A stretch of 64,000 bases of DNA from Ascidiella aspersa (Eukaryota). The notes below the pieces were generated by a model, which did no database searches, was not told the origin of the DNA, and worked only from the letters and a program-made list of their open reading frames with translations. The DNA lies in assembly GCA_963924565.1 (NCBI GenBank), contig OZ004608.1, forward strand, positions 23,560,001 to 23,624,000, in the 5' to 3' direction. How positions within the stretch are numbered: the stretch's first letter is position 1; each line of letters begins with the position of its first letter. Position numbers and translations under genes: made by a program. Below, one piece after another: positions 15,001 to 30,000 of the stretch.

Positions 15001-18000
15001 TCTGTCGCCCCCTAAACCAAATCCTAGACTCGCACCTGCGCTTGCTGTTAAGTAAGTTTTTGCCCTATCGCGAGACGTCGCGCATTTTTTGTGGGTTGTG
15101 CCAAAAAGTATTTGTCAGCATAATTAATTTTTCTATAAGAATAAACAAAAGCAGAACACAAATTTGTAATTACTTTTATAAGTTGTTAAAAAAAATTGTG
15201 ACAAACATACAGTTTTAACAGAGCTATTCAATTAGAAACAAAATAATTTGGCACTGGTAAATTTGGGTCCTGGTAAAAAGTATTTGCCCTAGCTTTAAGT
15301 GTAGTTACGTCAGCCATTAATAGGACTATTTAACAAACATGTTAAAAATAAATATGGACCAATCGTAATCCATGAAGTTTTTTAATCTGATTTATTTACT
15401 ACACACAGTAATATTACGAAAATAAACAATAAACAATGAAAAAAATAGCACAACTTTACCTTATCTTGTGACCAACGTTGCAAGTATAAGTTGCTTTGTG
15501 ACCGAAAGTAACGCCATCCGCGCTAACTGTAGCCATCGGGATCGGTTCCGGTGCTCCGCAAATGACAGGTAGACAATACGGAGAAGCCAAACTAAACGTA
15601 CCTATATAGTAAAAATGGCATCAGTGAATTGCGCTCAGGAATTATTCTATGGTATAGTTTTTCCATATGTTATTTTTACAAACAATTAAGATAATGTTAT
15701 TTTACAATTGCAATTACATCTCTCATATTAATAAACCATGAATCAAAGTTAGGCGATTAAGTTGAACTATGAGATTTTTTATCAGTTGGTCTAAACTAAC
15801 AATAAGGCTATATCATTATGCTTAAAAAGTTGCTTCATTCTTTCCCAGCCTAAATTGGTCACGCATAATAAGTACTAATCCCAACCATTGTTTGTGCAGG
15901 AAATTCGTGGCACGCCCTCCATGTAGTAACCGATGTCACAAGAATACTCCAAAACATCTGGATAAAAGACTGATTCCATGCTGGTGGCTGGCCAATACGC
16001 TTGAGTAAATTGGACCTTTCTGCAACAGGTAAAGCAATTTGAATATATTCTATTTTTGTTTACAAATGCCAACAAAACTACGTTTTATGCCAACATTTTC
16101 TTTCATTGCAAGATATAAGCTTTTTTTAACATAAGTTATTACCCGTTCGTGATAAGCGGGACAGCGCCACAAGAGACTGGTTTGCAGTGGAAATCGGGCA
16201 CTTCCCAATGACCACTTGATTGACAGGCTAGACTTCGTTGGTGGCTTAATGTGGGAGGTTGTAATAAAAAACCGCTGTCGCAGGTGTAAGTCACCTGCAT
16301 GGAAAACAAGTATTATGAATTGTATGGATTGACATTTGCAAACATTTGTATCCATTTCAGGAGTTGTTAGTTACACAAAAACGCGATTTAACAACTTGGC
16401 CAAGCGAAAATATGAAAATTCTTGCAATTTGTTAATATTTATTTAACTCCTTTATTGAAACAACTTAATAATTAGTGTTTGAAGATATTTTTTGAAATTA
16501 TAAAATATCGAGCATAACGCCCATGTCCGTTATTTATCAGATGTAAAATAAAAATCTATTTCGCCTGCAAAGTAACCTACTATCAGTCTCTAGAAAACAT
16601 TACAAACAATACAATGAAAACATAAATTGGGTTCCATTAATAATTTAATATTGGAAAAAGAAAACATTTCTCACTTTGATATTATGCTAGATCATTTCAA
16701 AGAAATGTTTGTCGTAATTTACTTAAAAATGGGAGGCTATACAATGTACATTTTATAAACTAGCATGCTACCTTTTTAGAAATATTTTCTCTCGGGATTT
16801 ACAAACAAACAACATACCAACACAATTTTCTACCTGTTTTAAGCTGAAATTTATAAGGCCGAAATAAAACCATGCAAATGTTTTCATATGTTTTACTACA
16901 TCGTTTTTATTTGTTAACTTTTAGCCAATAAGCTAAAAATCACTTACCGAGTCTCCATAAACATGTCCGGTACTCGCAAAAGTGGAATTTACAACCGCGG
17001 TTGGTTCTCCACATGGGACAGGATCGCATGACCAATCACTTACATCAGACCAAGCGGCCGAGCCAAGACACTCTGTAGTTCCCGAACCTAAAATTTCGGC
17101 AAAAATATAGGTATTATTTAGATTGACATATTAACTTATGTGTGTTGATGCCCGATGCCATGGACGTTGCTGCATCAGACGTTAAAAATACAAATTGGTA
17201 GACTGTTGAAACAGCCCTACAACTTCATCAAAAAACAAAAATTATATACCTTGAACACTTGGGCTTAAATGATATATCTTTTGCTTTCAACCATGTAACA
17301 ATCTTTGCGATTGTAAAAAAATTAATAACAAAATCAGAACATACCACATTTCGAAATTTATATTCAAGGGTCAAATATAATCTTACGATGATTACCATGC
17401 AGGTCATATCCCACATCGCATTGATAATTCAGTACAGATCCGAAAATTGTTGACGTCACATTAACTCGTGCATGTGCGACCTCAGGTGGCTGTTTGCAAT
17501 CGTGGGGTAAACAAGCTGGAGAACTCGACCACGTCCGATTTGCTTGGCATCGAATCTCAACAGGACCTAAACGGAACACTTTATCTGAAATGCGTTCTGG
17601 TAAAAATTATTTAACAAATAGTGAAATAGGTAAATTCCGGCAAGATACATTACTAAAAAAAAAAAATATTTTTTTTAAAAAGCTCATCTGGGGAGGCATA
17701 TAAAATTATCTTACAAATATACACAACTAATTTTTATAGATTACGGGAAATTATGTTTTCGCGATGGAACTGATATACCTGCGGCATAATGACCGTGATT
17801 GCAAGAATAACTGGCAGATTTCGTAAAAGTTGTTCCTTTTGAAACAAAGAATCCGTTTTTGATTGTCTTTGGCATTCCACATGACACAGGCTCACAGATC
17901 GGAGGAACTCCCATGTAAAAACCCTACAAAGAGTCATTTCTTTGAACAAATGTTGGACAATAACTGGAAGTCATAAGGTTGTTATGCGGCAAAATTTAGT

Positions 18001-21000
18001 CAAAGTGATGCCTATTCAACAAAAAATATCAAAACATTGCGTTAATGATAGTGTCGCGAAAAACTTAAAAAAGATCACAAAAACAATATAAGATAGCATA
18101 AATACCCCCCAAAAACATATATTTTAATTTGGGCAAGATTATTATCTTACTCTTGCTTTAACCTAATTATACGCGATTGTGCAAAAGTTTGTCAACATTA
18201 ACATTCGTCAGCGTAACACCTTAATTTAAGAATTTGCTAAAGACAAATACCGCGATTTACGAAGAAAATAATTATAAACTTAATCCAACTTTCATTTAAG
18301 CAAAAATGTAACTTTTAACCTTAAAGTCTCCTTCGAAAGCCGTGCATTCGAATCTTTTTGACAAATTGATCAAGTCGTGACCTCGGTCGCACATGTAGAC
18401 AACCTCCTCGCCGTACGTATAGTTGCGTTGTGAGAATGTACCGTTAGCGACCGCCGGGGGAAGAGGGCAATGGACTCTCCGGCAGGTGGGCAAGTGGTTG
18501 ATTGTGGCACCGCCGGGTCCTAGCTCAGCGCCAAACTGCCAGCTTTTGTCAGCTCCGCATACGGCATTAGTAGGACCGGTTAGATAGAAACCTTGAGATA
18601 TAAACAATCGGAAATGACTGCGCGGTATAAGCCAAACTTTTAAAGTTACACTAAATGTAGTGTTTTACATAATAGAAATTATCCTTTTGACCACGACTGT
18701 GCGGTAGGACACAAATGGAAATGTTTATGCATAAGGCAAATAAAAAATACCTTTATTGCAATGGTATGCTACCAGGCTCTCGTAGATTTGCATGTCTGGA
18801 CTGCTTCCTCCAGTACTTGTGCTGTGCCGTACAGTGGGAGGCGGCCCGCAACTCACTGGACTGCACACGGGAATTTCCCGGTCCCACCAGCCCGTATGTA
18901 GGCAAGTCAAGGTCATGTTCGATTGCGATTCGAAACTGATTTGCAATTTGAAATTAATTAGTTTACCACACAAACAATCTTAAATATTGGGATGGTTTTA
19001 AATTTATACAGTGAATTTTTTAACAAGATTTTTAAAGAAAGTTACAAAAAGTATCTATACCCAGGGTTACAGACAAACGACACAGTTGCCATAAACAAGG
19101 TATCGTTTCCCGTCTTTTTGGAATTTCGTACAGTTGGCAATCTTCCGCAATCTTTTGGATTACAAGATGGCGATGGACTGCAAATAATATACAACATGAT
19201 ACATAGCACATATATATATTTACAGAGAGAAATATACTTCCATGTGTCTTACATAAAGTTAAAAATCCAGGTGCATATTAAAATACAAAAAGCTTCAGAC
19301 GCTGTGCATAAGAAAATATTGTGATGTGAGCCATGACAATACGCTGCGAAACTATTGTTCATACAAGCTTTTTACAGAAATTAAGACAACGCAAATAACT
19401 TAAGTCACTAACATATAACATTTTAAAGATAAATATAGATCAGATTTTATAGTGTGTTTTCAACCTTTTTTCTTGTGACGTTTTTTAAAAAAAATTGGAT
19501 TTAGGAAGCACCTAACGATAGGAATTTTACTAATTCTTTTATTACCGTAATTAAGTTTAGATACAAAACGAAATATCTTTAAAAAAGGAAATTGAAATGG
19601 CACACCGGGCCGAGGCGACGTTCAGTTTGAGAACATCTGGGCTATGGTAATTTATCGCATACCAACCTAGACCAAGTTTTTTCAGCAGTACAGTTAGCGG
19701 TGGTTTTCCCGCTTGGTAAGTATCCTTTGTCGCAGCTAAAGTCGACCGTTTCTTGGTACAAGAAAACGCCTTGTTCAGACACAACAAGCTAAAATAAACA
19801 GTTGTTATAAATAAAGGTTAAAAAGAAAATTGTGGTTACAGGGCTTTTCAGATCTGAGTACCAGTAGGCTACTCGACATCAAAATATAATACAAAAATAA
19901 AACTGCTTTATATAAAATTATAAAAAGACCTATTACTTACAGGACAATATTAACGAATTTACAGTACAAGTCATTTACATTTTACAGGGTTATAGGTCCG
20001 AAGAAATTGATTTGACGAAAATCGTTCAGGTTGATAAACAAATAGGCCAAGGCACAAGTTACTAAAAAATAAATCGTCAAACGTATGCTGGGCATAAGAC
20101 AATGTTTGCATTCTTAGGAAAAATATTTACCAAATGTAAAATGTTGGCGCTGCTCTTGTTTAGCATGCTACCTTTCTTTAAAAATCTACCTGACAAATTG
20201 TTCGACTTAAGATACTATAGGTGAATAAAACTCCCAATTGAACCATTATGGTAAGTCAAGTTTGATTTTCCATTACAAGGTAAGACAAGGCTATATAGCT
20301 ATATTAAGTGTAAACGGCTTATTAAAAATACCTACCCGACCATGTTTAGGTGTCTCGGGTTTGGGACATTTTACCCTAGAGCATTGCGGTGACGGGCTCC
20401 ACATACCATCGGCCTGTATTGAATAATGAAATTTTATTGGGTTAGTTATAAGTACGTTAAATTATAACAGGGATAAATTGAAGTTGTAAAAGTGCTGTAA
20501 GCGCAGCAATAAAACGGAACAATAATCAGTATAAAAAAAATAGATTTTGTAACCTTGATATTATAAAACAATTATTTTACATACGCAAGATTAATCGTTT
20601 TATATAGGTTATAATTACTACTTAAAACAAAAAATACAAACCAAGCATTCGACAGACGCGAAAGTTGGGTCTACCAGTTCATATCCTCGGTGGCATTTAT
20701 ACATGACAGTGGAATGAAAAGTGGTCGAAGTGCCGTCCCACAAAATATCAGAGTGATCGATCTCCGGTGGACCTTCGCAGTCAACCGGATGACACATCGG
20801 TGTCGAATGATCCCAAAATCCGTCAGGCAAGCATGTTGCGTTTTCGGCTCCGTCCAAAATATAACCGTCATGACAGGCGAAGAAAACTGTCGCTCTGAAG
20901 ACGTGGGAATCCCCTGGAAAATAAAGCGTAATTTAAATTGCATTTGACATTCAAGCAAGGTGAACAGGCATTGTGTGATCAGATATACACTGATCAGTAA

Positions 21001-24000
21001 AATCGGCACAACTCAACTGAACACAGAAAATCGCTTCTTTTTTGACAGTGGTTTTACAGGAACCTGGGTGATTGGCGAACGAAGCAACATTGACGTTGTT
21101 CATGTCGCAACGACACGCACTATTACAATATAACCGCTTGCTGCATTTGGCACCTTTTGTGATTTAGATCTTTTCCCATTTGGGTATTTATAAAACTGCT
21201 TTAACGAAAATATGGAACCTGATCAGGGTTGGGCTTAAGCACTCGCCCGCTCGCCAATGCGAGTACAAATTGCTCCTAGCGAGTGCTGATTGACACCCAC
21301 TCGCCCGACTGGCGAGCGGCTTTGGCGAGAAATTTAATTAGTTGGTGTAGGTCAGAACAACTTGTGTTAAAGCACCACTACTAAGCTAAATATTACTTAA
21401 CGCCAGTTATTTCCTTAAACACTAAAGACACAAATACATTTAGCACTACACAATCAATAAGGTCAATGGAAGTCATGTTCGAAGCTTGTAACAAGGACTC
21501 TCTGTCCCGTTGTATGATCGTAATAATGATTCTTTGTCCTGTTTTAAAAAACGCTTACCGGCAAACCAAAGACGTCATTGCTGCAGTGGTTAATAGTTTT
21601 AGAAAAAAGGAAAACAGGCAGGCCGTGGCTACTAAATTGTCAGTGTTATTTTTTCACTAAACATTTTATAAAATATTTCGGCTAAAAAACATTGTTTTAA
21701 GCGTAAACTGCTTTATGGGTCGTTAATTTGTTCATCCACGCATGAAAATAAACGACCAGACTTTTAGAAAAACTAATGTTTACGTATAGAAACCAAAAGA
21801 CAGCTTAACGATAACCAAATAAATGACCGCGCTAGGACGTAAATGGGCAGGCGGCGTGCCAACAAATTTGGCGAGTGTTATTTTGTTCGGGCGAGTGCTG
21901 ATTGATAAGCGCTCGCCCCGCCGGCGAGTGTAAATTTTTGCTTAGGAACAACCCTGCTGATGCAACAAAACGTTGTGAAAAGGGGGTTTCACATCCGTGT
22001 GTTTCACGCCTTGTCTGTCACACACCGAATACCTACCCATTGCGTCTCCATTTAGAGGAGAACCTGGCGATCCGCAGTCTACCGGAAGACACTCCGGGGG
22101 TTCGTAGTCCCACAGTTCGTCCCACTCACAAAATAGGATGTTTTCTCCAAACATTTCATGTCCAGGTAAGCAAGTATAAGTTGCAGAAGATTGATAATAA
22201 GTAGCTAAAGAAACAAAAACATAACGTAGACCGAAACGCTTTACCATGCATTATACGCATTTCCTATTTTTTAAGTTTTAATGGATTTTTATCAACAAAA
22301 AATCAAAAAGTTGATTTATCGCCGTCAATGTAATTACACGTTAAACTTCATGTTGCGGATTTGCCTGTCTGAACATAATAATTTGTACATTCAGCTACCA
22401 TTTGATATTATTTTATGAGAGGAAACAGTCATTCAGCTAAACAGAGCATTTAACATTATAACTCACGTTACGGTTCTAAATAAATCTTAATAACGTTAAA
22501 AGCAATAAAACAAAGACGTTATCATTTTCATTTAACTTCAGTAACCTATATAACCAACTAAACAACAGTATATTAGTTCAACTAAAATGAAAATCTGTAA
22601 GATCACTTGTTGTGTTGAGTACGGCGTTTTCAATGTCGGGAAGCATACCACAATCCACGGGCACACATTGAGGGGCCGGCTTGTTCCATTCGCCTGACAA
22701 AGACCAAGCAAAAGTTGCAATGACAACAAACATTTCCTAAATAATAGCAACTATGTGTGGTGTTTTATTTATACAGTTTAACACCGACAATCATGCGATT
22801 GTATGTTTATTTAGGGTGATTTGGTTGGGTAGGGTAAATCGATTGATTCTATCGTTGTTAGTTTAAATCTTGCTTAAGCAACATTCGTTATGCTGCTTTA
22901 GTTTTGCGATTGGTATTAAAATAATAATGACGGCAACTGTGTCAAACACTTTTTTATATTTTGTAGTCAGAAGAGTCGACACCACTGACGAAAACCTACC
23001 TGACGGTTCGCAAAACGCATGGTCAGCTCCGAGCAAGTCGTACCCTTGATCACAGGTGTAATTAACTCCGAGTGGAAAGTGGTAAGCGTCGCCGGTGTGA
23101 TGTCCGTTGTGGGGATCAATTGGAACTTCACATTGCACTGGCAGACAGGTAGGAACACTAGAAGCAGACCAGACCCCTGCGGATTAGAAGTTTTTTTATT
23201 CATTAAAGTGCATTCATAGAACGTTTTCCGTACTGATTGTGAGTAAACGTAACTATGCCATTACCAAACGTTTCACGATAGTACACTGGATTTCTCCGGG
23301 GAGGCTTATTGAAATCAGTTTATCTAAGAAAGTAACAAAGCGCTCCACTAACACAGCGGCTTTCCCTTTTTTGTGCACCAAAATGTGGTTCGGCATTACT
23401 GTTTTAGGTACAACAGAACGGCGGACTCACACTGGTAGATATAGAGTTATTTCTAGGATAAGGACTTGTCATTTCGATCCAAAACTAATTTTAATTATTG
23501 TAACAAAATGATTTGGTTTACTATCATTCACCATGACGATGACTATTCCTAACATTCTTCAACCTTTTTTTTTAAACAAAGTTGCCCTGGTTTGAATGTA
23601 TAACTTTTGGAAACAATTTTCCATAGACTCCATACCAGTGATTTTTAACCTTTCATGGCTTACGGCGCCCCTCAAAAATAATAAATAGATATTATCGGCA
23701 CCCGACTGGAAATTTCGAGTATTATATTGAAATGTCACTATAAATGGAACTGGAACAACACAGTCAACTTTAAAACATGCAGGAAAATGTCATTTAATGC
23801 AATGGTATCTTATCGTTCAAAAATAGGCTAGTCGATCAAAAAGGTTAGGCTATCAATTGAGCAAAAATTAGATTCTTAAAAATTCTCACATACCTATCGG
23901 CACCTTTGAGCATTAGGCCTAGAATTGGCACACCAGGGCGCCGCGGTACGCCGGTTGAGAACCACTGCTTCTACCCTTTCACTTACAGCTTGCTCTGTGA

Positions 24001-27000
24001 TGCTAGTTCTATTAGGTTCTGTGCAGTGCATGCCTACTTCATCACAATACAATATTTACACAACAATGGATTTGTTCATTCGTGTAATATAGGCCATTAA
24101 ACGGAAAAACACGTCCTAATCACGTCATCCATATTCCACGTGGCCTGAAAAGTTTAAAATGCCGATATACGCTCTAGATTGGTCTTACATTGAAGAGTAC
24201 TAGTAGACAAAAAAGATTAGTCCAAGTTATGTCATAAAGGAGGTATCAAAAAATTCATAGAGGCTGTCCTGATACCGCAGTTCCATAGCGTTTCGCGCGC
24301 ATTTGAAATCGCGTGGCAATCAGAAGTGAATGCGTCAACGAGTTGTTGCATTTTTCTAGCGTTAATCAGGCGATTTTAAACAGCCGCAATCTCCTAATAA
24401 TCGCCGTTTTTAGCGTCTAGAATACACGGAACGTGATTTTTTTCGGACTCCGGCCGTACCCGCCGGGGGTGTTCCCGCCACAGCCCCGTTCCACCTATAT
24501 GTGATTTAAGTTGTTAATCATGTGACATCTCCCTTTGAAAGCGAAAACTGGCCACACATGTCAGCTAAACTCTACAAGAACAAAACATGACGTAGTTTCA
24601 CTTTTAACTAGGTTAAATACAGTAAATAAAGTCATAAATTACAATTGCTTATATTCAATGTTAAAAGGTATAATCATAATACGGTTCCCGTCGACTCCTT
24701 TAACCGCTATTCAAAATTTCAGACTTTTAGTGCGCTATATTACTACCGATTTTTTTAATAGCCACTTTTTATAATTTATATTTTAATAAAAATAATACAG
24801 CCCACTGCGTTGAAAAGCACACATACAGTCGGTGCTGATCCGAAACCAAATTAATGTAGGAATCTCGTCTATGATTTTCGATCCATACTTTAGGAAAAAT
24901 ATGAAGTATAGGACATATCTACTTGTGTGCATGACTGTTTGTGATAAGATTGTTTTTTTTTGCAAAATTACAACAAAGTTCCGCGGCAAACTTAACAAAC
25001 CCGGATGCGACTTGTCCCGCGGCACAAGGTTTTAAGAAACATCGGCTTAAAAAAATGCCTAAAATTAATTGCAAAGAACACAAATGTATTGTTAAAGCAG
25101 TTTTACATACTCATTCATAGGGCATTTATCATTCATTAAAAAAGAATAACTAACTTAATAGTTCGATTTGCCACTCGTGTGCTATTTATACGGATATATC
25201 TCAGCAAAAATAAAGACAAAACAAGACCTTTTTTGTCCAGTTATAAGTACTAACCATTTTCAGTACAGTAGATTTTAATTGAAGAGGCAATCGTGAAGTA
25301 GCCGAGGTTACACTTGTAGTTGTAATGATTTCCGTAAGTTGTGAGTGAACCTTCTGAGTAGCCATTTACGTCTGCGTTCGGTGCCGGTCCGCAATCTTTT
25401 GGTTTGCATACTGTAGATTCCCCTGAGTAAGTACAGTTAGTAGTTAAAAATCACTGCCAAAAACAGCTAAAACATAATTGTAAAATTTACTTTATATATA
25501 CGTTAACACACGAATTGCAGTTAAAAGTGTTTTATAATATTCGAAACAAAAACACTTGTTCCTTCCGTCGTTATATAAGAAGTCACTTTTATATTAAAGA
25601 TTTTAAGTTTGTTCTCACTTGACCACAATTCGTATTCGGTACAAATAGCTCGTATTGGATCAATTTCGTCTGTTTTGTATCCAGTGTTGCAAGTAAAGTG
25701 GATAGCAGTCTCGTAAACATACGAGTATCTGTTTGTAAAATTATAGGTTAATCATTAAAAGGTCTAAAAATGTGCTTTATTTTTAGATAAAAGTTAATTA
25801 GGATAGATTTTAATCAAAGTATGTTATAACTCCAATATATTAAAACTTCGCTAAGTGAGACCTGGCATAAACCTTATGTCGGTTAAACAAAAACAAACAG
25901 GCCTTGTTTAAGAAAATCGGTTTAACTTAAAATTACCAATTCAATACTTTGGTCGATATTTTCTATCATACAAGTGAAGGAGTTCGTGCGTGGAACGAAA
26001 AAGTGGTGCTTTCTCGAAATCAATTTACGTAAAATAAACTTACTCGATAAACTGCGATACTGTCAGGTCAGTCAAATTTGTCACATCCGGAAATGACGCA
26101 ACGTGGAATGAAGCATGGTCGTTTAAAAGCGGTGCGTGGCACTTGATACGTATGCACTCCGGAAGTTGTGGAGACCAGGCACCTGTTTCGTCGCAATTAA
26201 CGTAGTCGGAGCCGTTAAGATAAAATCCAGGATCACATCTGTTAGATTTGTAAGACAGTAAAACACCATTATAAAATAAATTACGAGTTTCATTTTAAGC
26301 AGTAGACCGCTTTCAGAACAATTTTCTTCTATTTTACACGGAAAGCCATCGCGGACTAACTGAATCTGTGCATCAATAATGCAAGCGAGGCAGGCTAGAC
26401 AAACAACTAGCCTGTAGTGCGGTTCGAACTCACGACCTCCGGTATACCGCTACCGTGGCTATCAACTGCGCTACACAGGCTCAAAGGGGAGCGAGTGGAG
26501 AAGTAATCAAGATCCCAATCCTTGCTACATTTATTCAGTTTTGTATTGCATATATTCAATCTTCCTTACCAATGTAAAAAGTTTTATAAAAAACTTTTGA
26601 ACAAAGTATATTTTAAAACGCCACTGCTTTACATAAATTTATGGTATCTTTACAACGAACCTTCAAATGCTTCAAAATGCAATTGTTGATTCAAGATAGC
26701 GGTGCAGACGCAGAAAAACCAGCATCTTATTATACCAAATTAAAAAGGGGTCTCACGTATAGGTAGCCTCTCCTCCAAAGACCTCAGACGTGGTTTCCGA
26801 CGTGGCATGATTGACAGGCGGGGACGGGCCACAAGGAATGGGGTCACAGGAGGGGATAGGGGAACTCCAGGATCGGTCGGCTTCACAAGTCGCGGTGTTT
26901 TCTCCGTGCATCTCGAAACCCGGGTTACATCTGTCATTCCATATTTATAGTCATACATAAACGGAAATGTCTAATAGAAAACAAGTTTTAGCGGATGTTT

Positions 27001-30000
27001 ATTTGCCGTAAGATGCGGTTATTTGGGCTGTTGGAGCAACTAAAAAAATGATTTTCTAAGGCAGCATGTGAATGACTGATTTGCTAAGACAGCATGTCAA
27101 TATTTCGTTATTTCAGCAAACAGTAATTGAAGTTCTAAACTTGCTTTTATATTAAAACATCAAAATGGCAGAAAAACACTTAAAAGTAAGAGCTAGCACA
27201 ATTTTTGTTACTTATAGAATTTAAAAATGTTAACTCAAATTGTTGCAATAAAATATTAGGTGATAATTAAACTATATGTGCTATAATTATTTAAACACAT
27301 AAATTCACGGAATACAAAAGTTAAAATAAACAAGGAGAATAATGGTATTAATCTTGGCGGTTTGGAAAAATGAATATACGAGTTTTGAGTTCTCACGTAT
27401 ATGATACGGTTGACTGAAAGGTATTCGATGTTTGGTGCACGAATCCATGATCAATAGCTTGGATAACAGGGCATTCGACTGGATCGCACAATGGGGGAGG
27501 GTGGCTCCATAACCCCTGGCTGGTACAGAACATGTTCGCTTTCCCAATTAAGTCATACCTAAAATCAGAATAACAAATTTTGTCGATCATTATCGAAGTT
27601 ATTTCCAGACACTTCCTTAAATCGAATAACAAGCAATGAGGATTACGGTACTTGAATTTATATGCAGTATATTATTGTGTCAATTAATTTAAGAATTTGT
27701 AGAATTATTTCGTCCAAACAAATAAAGGATTAACAGAAATCGCTACCCGGGTGAACAGCTGTATGAGATGGAATCCATGAATGTAAAGGACAATCGGCTG
27801 TCGGTGCTTGTGTCAACCGTGTAATTACTGTGCTCTGCAAGCAGAGGTTTAGGACAGGGGACGGGATTACATTGCTGCAGTTGGGTCCACTGCACTGTCC
27901 CCACTTCATTCATCCACTCGCAAGTAATCGAAGTGCGATTTTTTCCGTTAAGCATCTCGTATCCTTCGTCGCACTTAAAGTTCAGTTGACTTTGGTAGTG
28001 GTAGGTTTGAGCTGTATCTGTTATAACAACGAACAAAATGATATATGTTATTTTATTAAAACTTGTCAAGTTTGGTGATTGTTAAGCGTATTATCCTACT
28101 ATTTAATGTTTGATATATTTATTATAACATAATAAAATTTGGCAATTTATCAAATATATAAAACTAGGAGTAAGAATATGATTTGAAATTAAACAAAAAG
28201 CTTTATAGCTTTGAACGAAAAGTAAAAAAAATTGTTTAGCAATCAATCTGTCAACAGTGTCATTTTATATTTGAACAATTTTTTATCATATATACGTATA
28301 AATTTACTTATGACGACATGTCCGTGGATTTGGTCGGGTGGAGGTGGGCACATCATAGGCACACAACGTGGGGCTGAGCGTAGCCAAGCACCTACCGGGG
28401 AACAAGTGCGCACCTCGACATCAGGAGACCTTATGTTGACTGATCGAAGGGTTGCTACCTCTTTTGTTTTAGTTTGACCAAAAAAGCGTTCGAGTCCGGC
28501 CGTTAACTTTGCCTTTTGCGTTAAAGACAACTGGTCTCCAACTGCAAACAGATACAACTACACTGTTAAAAAAATTTGTAAATTTTACCGTTAGAACAAC
28601 GGTAAATATTTTACATTGGTGATTGTAAAGCGTTTTACTCTAAAATAGTGTAAAAATGTTTAATATGTTTGGCGGGAACTTTAGGCCGACCAATCAAATC
28701 GCTCGTCTCAAACGAAAGAAAAAAGTCGGTGACGTAACAGTGAAATGGAAATATTTATTTGAGCATCCAAAAAAAACGTGGTTAGTAGAACCGGAAAAGT
28801 AAAATATTTTGTTGGTTGTTAAATTCTTACGAAACGTTAAGAAAATAATTTAATTAGTTAATATGTTTGTAACTTAAGGATAGCAAAATAGACTCTGGTT
28901 TGGTTTATTTTAATGAGTTCATAATTTTTATAAAAAAATATCAGTGTTAAGTTAGCAGTCCTGCATCGAGGTATATTGATTTGATAAAACATATAACATG
29001 TGCCGAACTGAAATATTTGAGTTTAGTAATAAGAGAAGAAATGTTTGTGTATAGTCAGGGTTAGTGCAACACATTTTTTGAGCTGTCAGATAATCAAGAG
29101 AAGATAATCAATTCTATTTGATGCTTTTTAGGTTGTGGTTGTTCAGTCAAATATGTAAATTTATGTATTTATATTGTAGGTTACTTGCTGCTCATTTCGT
29201 AATTCGAAAGTTTAAAATGAATCTTAAGTGCAATTTACAAATATGTCAAAAAACCTTATGTGATTCCAAGTCTTTGCTTAGGCACCTAAAACTGCACATC
29301 CGGACTGGTTATGAGGTAAAATGTCCATTTGATAATTGTTTTATTTCACATTTTACTTGTGATTATGGATGACGCCATGTGCACTCAAATTTTACACATT
29401 TTTTGTGCCAATGCATTACCACCCTCTTAAATGTAATTAGACCTAAGTTCAGTTGTAAATGTTTTAAGAACTTCAGGTTATAACAACAAAATTATCACTT
29501 AGAATTTATCTTGCCTGCCAAAACCTTTTGAGTGTTTTTTTTTTGGGCCTGTGACTATCAAAATTTCACCAACCTGTTATAACGATAGTTTAGTGTAAAG
29601 ATGACATTTTTCCTTAGTGCAAGAAAATCTTGTCGTAGCGTTAATTCTTATAAATTCAACTTTGTAAAGTTAGTGACTTTTTACAGAACTTTTGCTGAGT
29701 TGAACATTAAAGAAATAAAAGAAAAACTGAAATTAAAACCAAACACAGAGTTGGCCAAATCATATAGTTTGTTTGATATTCTGTCAAGTTTTTTTAAAGA
29801 AGAGGTGTCCGATTTATACAAATGCTATTCGGTAAGTCTATCTGATTTGTTAATTTTATGACATCTAAATGCTAACCATTTAAACCAGATCAATTGCTAT
29901 AGTTTGAATTTAAAGGAAATTTAATAGTTATGTAAGGTTGGATAAAAGTTTTTAAGAATAATAATTGTACATTCTTAGGGTCAGATATTTGATGTAATTT

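Noticed and set aside
24270-24500. CpG-rich stretch as a promoter or RNA gene
   Set aside because: No TIR pair, Pol III boxes or terminator identified. Likely a transposon fragment but not supportable.
26740-26958. 72-aa minus-strand ORF as a host exon; also a passing resemblance to SRP RNA (GTCGGAAAC, GAGACCCC)
   Set aside because: No CCP motif, and the flanking host exons join in phase without it. The SRP54-binding helix-8 motif and an Alu domain are absent, so no SRP call was made.
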